NCBI GenBank assembly: GCA_013239625.1
Contig: MU053994.1
Coordinates: forward strand, 3,539,589-3,603,588
Source: Lama guanicoe
Lineage: Eukaryota
DNA length: 64,000 nucleotides
Direction of reading: 5' to 3'
In this document: positions 39,331-51,830 of the stretch, piece after piece
Numbering within the stretch: the first letter of the stretch is position 1
Layout: every line of letters starts with the position of its first letter
Made by a program: the position numbers and the translations under genes
The notes under the pieces: generated by a model
Told to the model about the DNA's origin: nothing
What the model saw: only the letters and a program-made list of their open reading frames with translations
Databases searched by the model: none

Positions 39331-40742
39331 CATCTAAAATGAGGAACAACCAGAATTCAAACTGCATAACCTACATTTGATTTGGACCATTTCAAATCAA
39401 TTTGAACCTCTGCTCTAAAAACACTCAGTTCGTAAGTGTTTGACCTGGAATGCAGGCTACCTGTGCTCCAAGTATTCCACCTTGAAAGCATGTCTAGGAT
39501 GTAAAGAGGATGATACTGCTACTATAAAGAGCAACTCAAGGCAGACAGCCTTACACTTATTTAGACTTGCTCTAACTCCACTAAAAATAACTCATGGATT
39601 TTGCTCTTGGGGGCCACAGAGCCCAATTCAATATATTTTCTAAACTGACTCAGACAAAGAGATGTGTAGTCAATATCTTTCCTTAGATTTACTAATGGCT
39701 TTATTTTTCTTTTGTAATGGAACCATAAACTTGGGCAAGATATCCTGTTTTTATGATGCTGCACAGAGGACACATGAAGCCTTGTAATGGTTCTTTCAAG
39801 CTATTTTTTTTCCTCCACTAGCACCTGAAACAAAGCTATGAATTGTGTTCGAGTCCACGTGGCAACCATAAAGGCTGGTGCTGCCTCTGCCCACTAGTCT
39901 GACACGGCTCATCTGCGTGGGGCCAAGTCGGATGATGCCTTTACTCCCAGGTGGCATCCCTGCCAATGCTTACATGCCTGGCTCAACATTCTCTGAGTCT
40001 TAGGTAATCAGGAATGTAAATCTATTCATTCCCTCAGTAAATATTTATTGAGCAGTTGCAGGATGAGGCACTGTGCTAGACAGACACTGAAATGCAATTT
40101 GCTATTTCTTCTACACCATAAACAGGTGACAAAGGAGAATGCAAAATTGAGATGTGGGCAGAGTGAGCCTATAAAGTTTTCCTGCCTTTTCCTTTCCTTT
40201 GAGTGAGTCTTGGTGTTGTTTCCCTGACCTCCAGCTTTTCCCAGCCCTGTCCGACCTCTGGCCACACCCCTTCACTTCCACCCCACACACTTGTGCTCTT
40301 TTCACCCGCAGGGGTTCTTTTACATCCCTCCTTGAGAAATACCATTTCCTCCTTTACTTGTGAATCAAACCACCTTGACTCCAGTTCAGGAATCTGACCC
40401 TTAGGGACAGCTGCTATTTCTGGCATGTGTAGATAGGGCATCCCTATTGGTGGGGATGAAGCTACAGTAGACAATGTTTCAGAGTGTAGAGGTGTAGAAC
40501 ATGGTGTGACTTTGGTATGCTCCAGCTGCCTTAACCTCTTTGAGCCTCAATCCCCTCACTTGTAAAGCTGATACACACACGTGTACACGCATAAAACAAC
40601 CTGAATGTCCCCCAGCAAAAGTCTGGTTAAAAAAATATGGGATATACATATTTGGGGTTCTGTGTAGCCATTTTTGAAATGAGGTAGATTTATATGAATT
40701 CACATGGCGTGATGACTGTATTATTATTAAGAGTAAAAAGAT

Positions 40743-40870
40743 AACCTTTAATGAAAAGGAATATGAAAATGAGTATATATATATGCATGACTGGGACATT
40801 ATGCTGTGCACCAGAAATTGACACACTGTAACTGACTATACTTCAATTAAATAAAAAGAATAAAAAGAAA
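40743..40870 (+). mobile_element. Very short 3' end of a lineage-specific L1
   Basis: aatgaaaaggaatatgaaaatg…gacattatgctgtgcaccagaaattgacac…actgactatacttcaattaaa plus A-rich tail; same sequence family as 59596 and 60157. Confidence 0.8.
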
Positions 40871-41944
40871 GTCAAATATGCAAAGCCCATTTATAATACA
40901 AAACATTTATATTATTAGGGCTTACTATAGTCCAGACTTGTGCTAAGTACTCCTCATGTGTGGTCATAATTAATTTTCATAATAATTCTACAAGTTAGAA
41001 TTATCCCACCCGCCCCCATACACACATTACAGGTGAGGAAACAGGAGATGATAAGTAACTTCTAAGACTAGTAAGTGCTGGGAAGTGGATTGGAACTCCA
41101 GACCCGTCTACTTTCCTTGAAGGGCAATTCTGCTGTAGAGACAATGGAGTGGAAGAGTGTAAAGCACTGTTCCTAGTCTTCTTCCTACTTACAGACTGTT
41201 AGTCCCTCCAGAACAGTGGTTTCTTATTGTGTAGAATTTGTACTACCGGAAATAGGAGAGAGGGTTTCAGGGACAGCTTTGGCAAGCCTCATGCCCACCA
41301 TTCAGCAACTTTAAGCTACAGAGTTGGGAACATTATTTCCTGCTGAATATTTTTAATCCTCTGATTACATCACCACCAAAGTTTCAACTCAGGGCTGGTC
41401 TTTAACATGCTTTAACACTTGCTGATCTCCTTTTTTTTTTTTTAATAGAAAGCCAAACTTAAGCTCTGAGCAGGCAAGGGTTATCTAGTTAGACTTTAGT
41501 AAAATTGTGCTATTTTCATTGTATTTATCTCTATAGTTATCATCTCCTTAAGGCAAGGGATACAGGGTATTTATTTATTGTAATGATAAAGTTTTTTCTC
41601 TCTTAGGGAAATGTACTCGAGACTTTTCTTCATTTTCGTGTGTTAATTTAAAGAAAAATATTAACTAGTAGGATAAATGGTACACAAATACAAGGGTCAG
41701 TACTTCCATGACTAAAATATTAAATACTTCACTGTGCTAAATAATAAAGCAAATAGTCCAAATAGCCATGAAACTGAAATTACCTGTCTGCATACACCAA
41801 CCATTTGTAAACCAATTGATGCCAATAAAATAACACAAATAATATTTCTTTTTATATAAATAGAATGTGGACAATAAAATGTAACTTTATTTAGTTTATA
41901 CTGCTACTCAGTGTGGAACTCTAAGAAGCATGTAGTTAAGAATG

Positions 41945-42160
41945 TAACAACTGATGCTTATATATCACTTAATACAAGCCAGGCGCTAATCTAAGTATTT
42001 TACAGATATTAAGTGGCAGTAACACTGGAAGATGAGTGCAATTATCTCCATTCTACCAAATGAGGAAACTGAGATACAGAGAAGTTAAATAACATATCCA
42101 AGGTCGCATAGATTGTAAGTCGGACTCCAGAGTTTATGCTCTTAATCATTATGCTATACT
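41945..42160 (-). mobile_element. MIR SINE
   Basis: aatgaggaaactgagatacagagaagttaaataac…ccaaggtcgcatag. Confidence 0.78.
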
Positions 42161-42309
42161 AGCTCTTGATCATAAAATTATCCTAAATATTTATGCAAAT
42201 TCTTATCCTTCCTTCTAACTGCTCAGTGGGACTCCAGAAACTGAATCCCAACCTTCAGCTGACATGCCAATCATTATTTCGCCACCCATATTCTCTTCTG
42301 AGAAAACCT

Positions 42310-43060
42310 GCCTCACCTTCCACCATAGAAGTGTCATGGCATCCCTATCCTAGTCACAGGTTTTTGGACCAGGGTTTGCCCCTGACTTTCCCCCGGGAAT
42401 TCAGAATTAGAACCTACCAAACTTAATTCAGAAATTAGGACACTCATGAGGCTGAATCTTGGAAATAAAATCAAGCAGAGACAGGGCAGGAGTCAGTGCC
42501 CTGGTGAGCCAACACCACACGTGAGCTGAAGTTCTGGAGGTGTGGAAAAGCCACAAGAGTTAGGACCAAGCAACCCTGTCAAGAGAAGAAATTGTGCTGT
42601 GAGCGGACAAGACCCCTTACGGTGGCTGACATCCCAGTTCCCAGTCCTGTGTGGCCTGGCTATAATCCAGTTCTTATCTTCAAGAGCCCATGAGTCCTGC
42701 TTCACTTCAAGCTAGTGTGATTGGATGTCTATCTCTTGCTCTCAAACATGACTAAACAGGAGTGAAGTTGCCTACAATCGATCTTGAGAGAAAATGTGGC
42801 GTCATGGTAGAATCAGTGGTAATAAGGTATCCCCAGTTCCAGGATGGGAAAATGGTGGTCCAGGTAGTGGTGGCAAAGCAACCACTTAAGTTAGAGGCAG
42901 CTGTCTTAAGGGTCTCTGAATGAGCACCCACCCAGGAGGAGTATTTGCAGGACTTGGTAGCCAAACATAAGAATAACTGAGTGAGTTGGTTACTACATCT
43001 GCTGGCTTAAGTAAAGAATATCAAGAAAGAGACAAATTCCTTCCAGAATGCCCAGCTGAA
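42310..43060 (+). mobile_element. Old MaLR LTR with probable adjacent internal sequence
   Basis: LTR-like end ttcaagctagtgtgattggatgtctatctcttgc…tgactaaaca, followed by degenerate internal-like sequence. Confidence 0.45.
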
Positions 43061-43739
43061 GGAAGATAAGGAAAAGCAAGGCACTTAAATAATTTTCATG
43101 GGCTGCTCTTCCTGTCTGTAATAGTTTATCCCACAGCAATACTGGAAACTCCCTAAGGTTTAAAACGGCTTCAGTAGGAAATTACATCAGACTCTACTGA
43201 GTGATGCTTTGGAAAATTGTTAGTAGGCCTGACAGTCATAAATAAATCATCTTGCAGAGATTATTTAAATTATACATCATTGGTAATGATTATTCAGGTG
43301 TAATGAGTTTAATTGATTACAAGAGTGGTTTTTTTCTCAGATGATGTAATAACTGCCAGTGTTTGTTGTTTGAAGTGCACACTAGTGGGAATGATTTAAA
43401 ATTTGAAAGCATTTGATTTGCATTAGTTGTGAGAGATATTTTAAAATATGTAAACAGGATTGGTGCTCTCCCCTAGCCTGGATCACTTTATCTGTCACTG
43501 AAAGATAAGGCTTTGGTTAATGCTCAAAAGCTCCTGTTTTGAGGCCGTCATCTCAAGCAAATCCATAAAGGCCAGTTAGTTATTGGTTCTTGTCTTCCCC
43601 CATCCAAAGAGGGGAAGAAGAAAGAAAAGAAAAGAAATCTGGCCACCGACAACTCCTCAGCCAACTGAGGTGAGGCTGACATCCCCCAGATGCAGTGAAC
43701 TAAGTCTGCCTTCCATGTTCCTACCTCCCCAACCCACCA

Positions 43740-44170
43740 TGGACCAACTTAGAGACCCAGGGACAGTCTAAATAACCTTTAAGTGAGTATGTGTGGTAAT
43801 CAAGGAGCACCCTTCAAGAAAGAATTTGCCATTCAGTGCCCAAGTGTTCAATCAGCTGACGGCCTTCAGCTATAATGCCTTCAGGGTCCACTTCAGCTTT
43901 GGAGTTGAGGTCAAGCTCTTCCCAAGTAGCGCCAGCTGATGTGACCTTCAGCACAGCAGAAGTCCAGGGACTAGCCATTTCTGCTCAGTGTGGGACTCGT
44001 CTAATGGCCACCTTTGCTACAGAGCAAAGACTTTGCTTCTCAATCTGCAGGCTTTCCCTGCCCAATCCTATTTCAGCTCCCTTTTGTCTTTCATAAGTTT
44101 TACCCCCCCAAAAAACTATTTTACTCCTAACTCCATTTCCATGTTGGCTTTGAAGAGGACCTAATGGAAA
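43740..44170 (+). mobile_element. ERVL-class solo LTR
   Basis: cccttcaagaaagaatttgcc…cagctgacggccttcagct…ttccctgcccaatcctatttc. Confidence 0.55.
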
Positions 44171-44599
44171 ATACGATTTCATTTCTGGCTGTTGCCACCC
44201 CTGAACCCAGACCAACGCTATTTTCATGAGGAGTTGTTAGATAGAAAAGGAGATTTAAAAAAAAGGTTCATAAAGACTTCTGCTACTGATTTTAAGCCAT
44301 AAGCGACCCAATCTGCTGGAGGTCTGAGTTTACTGGGACCCAAATGAGGAGACAGTTGCGAGCTTGGCTGGATGTAGTCGTGAGCTATGAGCCGAGCCTA
44401 ACAGCACTATCTAGCTTCTAGGCTGTGCTGGGGTTCCTTTGGTTAAAATTAATGCTCTAATTGGAAAAGACTCAAATCTTGGTCATAGAAATGGGAATGT
44501 TATGGAAGAGCCAAAGGAATTGAAAAACTCTGAACCCTAGGACTTCTCTAAAAGCCCGAGTCCTCCAAGCTAGACAAATGTGATGATCCCTCCAAACAC

Positions 44600-45620
44600 A
44601 AGCCCAAACCTGAGATGTATCTGGGCTGGTTACAAGCAAAGACCACTGAAGTCCCTCCTGTGTGTCAAGTCACAAGCTAGGCAGAGAAAATACAGCAAGG
44701 GAGAAAAAAAAAAAAACCCTGCCCTCGGGGAGTATGCAATCTGGGGAAGCGGAGGAGTGACAGATAATAAAAAGGTGAATTATATTATATGTTAAATGGT
44801 TATAAACACTGTGGAAGAAAATTAAGCAGAAAAGGGGGCTAGACTGTAGGAACAGGGCTACAATTTTAAATAGGGTGTCAGGGAAGGCCTCACTGATAAG
44901 GTGTCATTTGAGTGGGAGGTAAGGAAGTAAGCAACGCATGTGTGAAAAGGAAAAGCATTCCAGGCAGAAAGAATGGAATTTGCAAAGACCCTGAGATGGA
45001 AACATGCTTAGCATATTTGGCAAACATCCAGAGGCCAGTGTGGCTTCAGAAAAGTGTCAAAGGAGGAGAGTGGTAGGACATGAGGGCAGAGAAGTAGCTA
45101 AAGTCAGGTCATGTAGGGCCTTCAACTTTGACAGGAGTGAGGAGCCATTGGAGGATTTTCATTAGAGAAGTGACACGAGCTGGCTTATTTTAATAGTTTC
45201 ACAATGACTTCTATATAGATGATAGACCACAGAGGAGCCTGAGTGGAAGCAGGGAGGCCAGAGAGACTACTGCAACAATCCAGCAGAGAAATGATTTAAA
45301 AAAAAAAAAAGATAACGGCTTGGAACAAAGGGGTAGCAGTGGAAGTGAAAAGCAGTGGTTGGATTCTGGATATATTTTGATGTAGAAACAATAGGATTTG
45401 CTGATTGATTGCGTGTGTGGGGTATTAAAGGGAAGAATTAAGGATGACTCCAGGGTTTTGGCCAGAGTAACTGGAGGGATAATGTTATCATTCCCTGAGG
45501 TGAAGGACACTGTAGGAGGAGCAGGTTTAGAAGGAAGACTGGAAACCCCGTTTGGGACATGTTAAGTGTAAGATGTCAATTACACACCCAAGTGGACATG
45601 TTGAGGAGGCAGCTGTATCA
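44600..45620 (-). mobile_element. L2 LINE fragment (~1 kb)
   Basis: gtcagggaaggcctcactgataaggtgtcatttgag, gcattccaggcagaaagaa…gcaaagaccctgag, aaggatgactccagggttttggcc. Confidence 0.88.
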
Positions 45621-45739
45621 TCAGAAGATTCGCAGGATCTGTTCTTGACTTAAACCAACCCAGCAGTCTAGCTAAGTAAGTGCTAATTCCAAGAATGCCA
45701 ACCCTTGCCAGAAGGAAATCATTTTGCTGACACACCCTC

Positions 45740-46805
45740 CTAAGAAAACCCTCCTCAGTTTTCTTCCTCCAATGTTTCATAGATCACTGAGTAGTAACGG
45801 CATCTATCCTGAAACCCTAGACGTCACCAGCCTCTCCCTAAATGCACCCCCCATCACACACATATCAAATTGATCACCAAGTCCTATTTATTTTCCCTCC
45901 TCTATATGTTTTAAGACCATCTACTTTTTCCATCATCACTGCTATCCCTCTAGTACAACTACTGCCCTTGTTCACCTGGACCCCTGCAGTAGCCTCCTTA
46001 TCTGGTCACCTGTGTTCTCTTACCTCCCTTCCATCCATTCTTGATTCCACAGAGAGAGGGGAAGTTGACATATAAGTTTGCACAGGAGTGCCCAGGATTC
46101 CACACACCATACTTCCACGCATTGACCCTTGGGCTCAAAATCCACGGGGTAGGAGGGTTAGAAACTTGCAGATAGTTGTGTAGGAATCCAATAATATCAG
46201 GAGTGCTGTTGGATAGTGGCAAATAATGGTAATTAGCTCACTTTGAATTGGGTAATGACAAATCATGGTCATTGAATTTAGATAAAATATTAATAAATTA
46301 GAACAAGCATACTGGAAAGGGATAGAATAGGTTATCTGTTTTAGCTAGACAGTTCCCTTGATATAAAGCTGAGTTTGATCACAGCAAATAATGTTATATT
46401 TCTTTGTACATCTGTGTTATGGTATGTGATGTCAACTTGGCTCAATGGGCCATTATCTTTCCATATGTACAGACTCTTCCCTCTGCCTGAATGCTCTCTC
46501 CCCACCCCAAACAGATTACTATTTATCTCTCCAATCTCAGCCTAAATGGTCCTTCCTCAAAGAAACCTTTCCTGACCCCAGATTAGATCAGTTCCCCCTT
46601 ATACCTGTTCTTAACACCTTCTGCATGTCCTTAACTGCACTTATCATAAGAGCAATCACTCATTTAAATCACTTTTTCAGGTCTATCACCTCTAGACTAG
46701 AGCCCGGACTCTACCAGTCTTGTTCATGGCTGTATCCCAAGCACACAGTGCAGGGTCTAGGATATAGTACGTGCTCAATAACCACGTATTCAATGAATAA
46801 ATGGC
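45740..46805 (+). mobile_element. L2 fragments (45740-46070 and 46460-46805) separated by other sequence
   Basis: tcacctggacccctgcagtagcctcct; ctctgcctgaatgctctctcc…gtgctcaataa…aatgaataaatg. Confidence 0.7.
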
Positions 46806-47223
46806 TATGGATATTTTGCGATAGTAAGCTGGAATTTTTCCTTCCTTTCTCATATCCACTTTCAATCTGATAACTAGCTCTGTGCCTCAGGGGAGGTATG
46901 TAGCAGGACAGAAAGTTGGAAGAGGCTACATATCTTTCTGGGTTTTGTTTTCTAAAAGCTTATGTCCTTTGGAGAAGAAGGTTTGTAGGTCTATAGAGAA
47001 TTTCCTGGAGAAATATATAGGGAAAAGGATTTCCCGCAGACAAGAAAAAAATTTTCCTAGACTGGAAGATGTAAGTGTTGATGGGTCCCTAGAGCAAGGA
47101 GATCCGAGCCCTGCTTCTCAGCAATGATCTGGGGGACAGAGCCAGACCCAAGAGAGAAGTGGGTGCCACTTGGTCACGGCCAGCATACGTCCCAGTGTAG
47201 ACCAATCACAGAGGGCCGAATGG

Positions 47224-47246
47224 ACACACACACACACACACACACA
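47224..47246. repeat. (AC)n microsatellite, ~11 units
   Basis: Read directly. Confidence 0.92.
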
Positions 47247-47514
47247 GCACCTTGACCCTGGGTAAGATCCCAGACATGGATGTCAGCCTTTAGGAAAGGG
47301 AAACCCCAAAATGACTGAAGTGACATTTTTAGAAAAAATGTAAAGGTCATTTCTTGCACCTGTGGGTTTGTGGAATGCAATTTATTAATGCCACGCCTTT
47401 GCTTTATTAAGATGTATTTTCTACACAGTTCAGCTTTCATGTCATATGCAGTTGATTCTAATCTAATAATTTAAAACTGGACCCCCATGTATTTGTTGAC
47501 AAAACTTTATACTT

Positions 47515-47715
47515 TATAATCACACATGTTCCTTGTCATAACCCTGTGAGATAGAAAGACTATGTATTACCGCAACTGCCATCCCATTTTATAGGTGAAA
47601 AAACTAATTCAGAGAGGTCAGATGAATGAACAGAAGTCACAAAGCAATGTTAACAGCCGAGTTAATCTTCTGTCCCATACTTGCATAACATTCTTTATGT
47701 AATACCATGCTACCT
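47515..47715 (-). mobile_element. MIR SINE
   Basis: aaccctgtgagatag…cccattttataggtgaaaaaact…cagagaggt. Confidence 0.7.
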
Positions 47716-50168
47716 CTACTAATCAAAATGTTGATTTATAAGAACATTCCATTTCCTGATCACATTAAACAACTACAAGTTTTCTGTATTCTGGATCAAT
47801 TTTTCCCAACAAAGTTAATTTGCATTTTTCCAAATTGAGTTATAATTTTCAAATATCCTTTATAGAACCGATGCCATATTATTTGTTAATTGTTGCCTAA
47901 TTGTTAAATTTTCTTGTCTGTTGGTACAACTAAACTTTTTTCTCTTTTGGATGAGACACATTTTGCTAAAATTACCTGCTGTTGTTTGTGATTCCGGTGG
48001 TGATGCTGCCAGCTGGAGAAAAGGGGAGGCAGCTTGAGTGAAATTCTCATGTTTGGTATCTTCAAAGTGGAGCCTGCAATTACTTCCCTCCGTTTTAAAT
48101 TTTATAACACAGTGGGGCTACTCAGATTGTACACTGTGGTCCTGAGGTTTTTTGATGTTTCCCCAAATTCTGAGACTTGTTTATAATCATGACTGTAGAG
48201 AAACTCTCGTACCTTAGCAGATTTACTTGGTTACAAAGGAAGCTCACTTCCATAAAATACTCATGTAATAGAACATTTTTTCTTTGGTATTCGGCTATGT
48301 TAATGCCATCGAGACGATGAGCCCATGTTAGTCCTTCACCTTAAAGTTGTATGTTGTTTTTATAACAGCATTCCAAAAGCATTTGTCAAAAATAAAAATA
48401 GACCACTTCATTTCTTTCTAACATCTTCTCATGGAGGGACAAAAGGGGGACCAAAGTACTAAACAGAAATGATTTTGTAAATACCAACACTGTAGTGACT
48501 ACTTGAACACTACGAAAAAGCCAGTATGATACAGGACCTGTTTTGTCTATTCTCCATTTTGATCCCCAAAGCAAGCATGTGGTTTACAATGAAAACCAGC
48601 TTTGCTGAGAGTATGCCTACGAAAGACAGAGCGTGATGGTGCGGAGCAGGGAATTCTGGGCCAGGAGGGCAGCCACGAGGTCAGTCGGCCCAGTTCTGTT
48701 GCTGACTCGTCAGCAAATCGTTAACCTCTTGATGTGTAAGAGCCTTATTTGTGAAATGAAGATCCCTCCACCTGTTCTTAATCAAGTGTTAATGGCTGTC
48801 AGGAGGATTCATTGCACAATCCCTCGAGTTCCAAAGGGGAAAATGAGGTGCGGGGGCAGCCACCAACATCTCTTAACTAGATGCTGATAGACCACTATTG
48901 GAGCAGGCTGCCTGTGCGCTGACACTTTCATTTCCTTATAGGAAAGTTAAGCTATCAAAAATGAATTTTTAAACAACCAATACCTTTAGAATAAAAATAA
49001 TAAACAGAAGCACCTTTTATCACTATATTCGAAGGTTTTAATCAATTAATCCATCAAGTTAACAACCAAGAGTAGAAGCACCATCTAGAAATCTGCTCCC
49101 TGCTGCTGAACACTGTATGGGAGATAGACATTATCCATGGACACGTGGACACCAAATTCTTTTTTAAGTCATACAAATAGCTCAGTGCCTAAGATCCCAT
49201 GTTACCATGGGAATCAGATTGCAAAATTGTAAATATAAAATTTCAAACAAATATTATGTTCTAAACATCATCAACTTTTAAAATTAGATGAGCTATATCT
49301 GATCATTATATTGTTCTTATTAAATATATTTTAATGAATAATAATTGCTTTAATTTTCAGGGATGAAAAAACGCTAGAGTAAGGCAATAATGTAAAAAGT
49401 TCAGAAGTCTTAGCCAGCATACTTAAAACATTTATAGGATCTATCAGTTTTCTCTCTCAGATAATTGTTACCATATAATAGCTGGTCTTAAACCCCTCAT
49501 AAACTTTCAGAATTAAGCTTCTACATGCTCTCTTGATTCATAATTTTGTTCTCATGGATACCACTGATATTAGTTGAAGTCTAGTCACCTAGATGATTTC
49601 TCTTTAGGAAACTCACTGGCAGCTGCTCATCTGACTTGGAATGAACAATTATCTTTATAAGAGATTGAAAATGCACTAAACACATGCAAAGAGAGTGGGT
49701 GGTTAAGAACAATAACTAAATCAGAGCACAGAATCCCCAGCCTAATCTTCGACTGAGAGGATAGTCCTGCCATTTCTGAGTAATAGAATGAAACTTAGCC
49801 AAAACTCACATCAGTGCTTTTAAGGTCAAATGTTGTTATTCAAAACATAATACAGTTAAGTTACTCATGAATGAATCAAAAATTGTTTCAAGAAAAGGGA
49901 AAAAGAAAGGTTTTTCTCAGAAGCAAGCAATCCATTTAGTGAATGTGAGGCCCTAAAAACGTGAAAGGAATATTAAGGTGCCATGTACATGCTTCTGCTT
50001 GGGGCAGTTGGCTCCTAGAAGAAAGATAAGCCTTGGCTCAACTAGAACACAAGTTAAATGATGCTAGCTAGTGCTGTGTTGAAAGAGAGCAAATACTAGC
50101 TTTTATTTTCCATGGCTTCTAAACAATTTCATCACTGGTTTATCTCACTAGACATAGGATTCATACAG

Positions 50169-50769
50169 TGTATTAGTTTTCTATTGCTGCATAACAAGTT
50201 ACCCTAAACTTAATGGCTTATAACAACATGCATTGGTTATCTCATAATTCTGTAGGTTAGAGTCTGGGCATAATGTGCCTGGATTTTCTGCCGAGAGTCT
50301 CACTGAGCTGACATCAATGTGTCAGGACTATGGTTCTCATCAGGGGCTTGAAGTGCTCTTCCAGGCTCACTGGTTGTTGGCAAAATTCAGTTCTTTAGGG
50401 TTGTAGGACTTAGAGCCCCATTCTTCCTGCTTTGCTGTTGGCTGGGGACTGCTCTCAGCTTTTGGAGGCTGCCTCTAGTTCTTGGCCAGGTGGCTGCCAT
50501 AGGCAGTTCACATGGATGTGTGCTCTGTTCTAAGCCAGCCAGGGAGTGTCATTGTCTTTCTCCTCTGTGACTTGCTAGAGAATTCTTTAATGGCTCACTG
50601 GACTAGATCAGCTCCAGTGAGTTGACTTAAAGTCAATTGTGCCATGTAACATAAAATAATCACAGGCATGATATCCTCTCATATTTGTAAATCTCTCCCA
50701 CATTCAAAGGCAAGAGATTATATAGGGGTGTGAGTCACTGGGGGTCATCTTAGAATTATGTCTACCACA
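50169..50769 (-). mobile_element. MaLR (MLT1E/F-like) solo LTR, full length, 5-bp TSD
   Basis: TG…CA termini (tgtattagttttctattgctgc … tctaccaca); TACAG at 50164-50168 and 50770-50774. Confidence 0.9.
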
Positions 50770-50884
50770 TACAGTTAACAAAACATTTCCACATAGTTTA
50801 TAATTTTATACTCTCAGAAACATTATGCCTCCTTTTTTTAAAAATAAGGAAACCAAAATGAGAGTAGGACAAAGTAAGGAGGGA

Positions 50885-51075
50885 ACCAGGACAATACTGG
50901 GTGCTTTTTATCCAGTGCCTCTTTTCATTTTCACAAAGCATTTGAGATGGTATCCTTATCCCACTTTTTACATGAGAAACACTAGGCTCAGAGTAGATGA
51001 GTAATTTGCCCAATGTCACAAGGCACGTAAGAAGTGTAGCTAAGACTTACATCCAAGTCTTTTGATTCCAATTTC
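50885..51075 (-). mobile_element. MIR SINE
   Basis: atcccactttttacatgagaaacactaggctcagag…taatttgcccaatgtcaca. Confidence 0.75.
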
Positions 51076-51269
51076 CTTTTTCTTTTTCTTTTTAGGTTAT
51101 TCCGAATAAAAACAAAATACTTTATGAGATGTATCCTTGACAAAAGGAAGACTAGAATTACTGATGTTAAAGGGTCCCCGGGTATGGCAGGTGAGTAGAA
51201 TGCAGACAAACATGCCGGTGTGATTCAAATACAGTGGTGGTGCTCAGAAAAGAATATAAGACCAGCACA

Positions 51270-51830
51270 TTGGACTAACTTTGTGGAGGACAATTTGGTC
51301 ACTCCAATCAAAATTATAAAAGCATAGGACCTTTAATTTAGCAATTCCACTCCTAAGACTATATCCTACCAATCTATTTGCTCATGGGAAAAATGAAACG
51401 TGTACCAAATTATGTTCTCCTGCACAGTTTGTAATAGGAAAGAATGGAAACATCCCAATGTTCCATCCGTAAGGGGCTGGTTCTATAAACCATACACATC
51501 TGTGCAAGGAAATGCTATGCAGCCATTAAAAAAAAAAGAATGAGGAGGCTCTTTATGCATGAAGATGGGGATTATTTCACTATTTTGTGAAGTGAAAAAA
51601 AGCAAGATGCAGAACTGTGCATGTGTTGCCACCATTTTTGTAAAGGGGGGAAGGAAATACAGATATCTTTGTGTGTATATATATATAAAATGATTGTAGT
51701 GTATGCATGACTGTCTCTGGAAATATACACACACATGAAAACTAGATAAGAATTGAACAGAAATTTTCACTGTATAGACTCGAGCCTATTTGACTTTTGA
51801 ACCATATGAATATGAATATATGTTACACAA
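51270..51830 (+). mobile_element. Old L1 (L1ME-like) 3' fragment
   Basis: agcaattccactcctaagactatatcct…atgctatgcagccattaaaaa. Confidence 0.78.

Noticed and set aside
39870..39960. CTCF-like motifs (also ~32545 and ~51830)
   Set aside because: Only partial matches to the core; not distinguishable from chance without PWM scoring or ChIP data.
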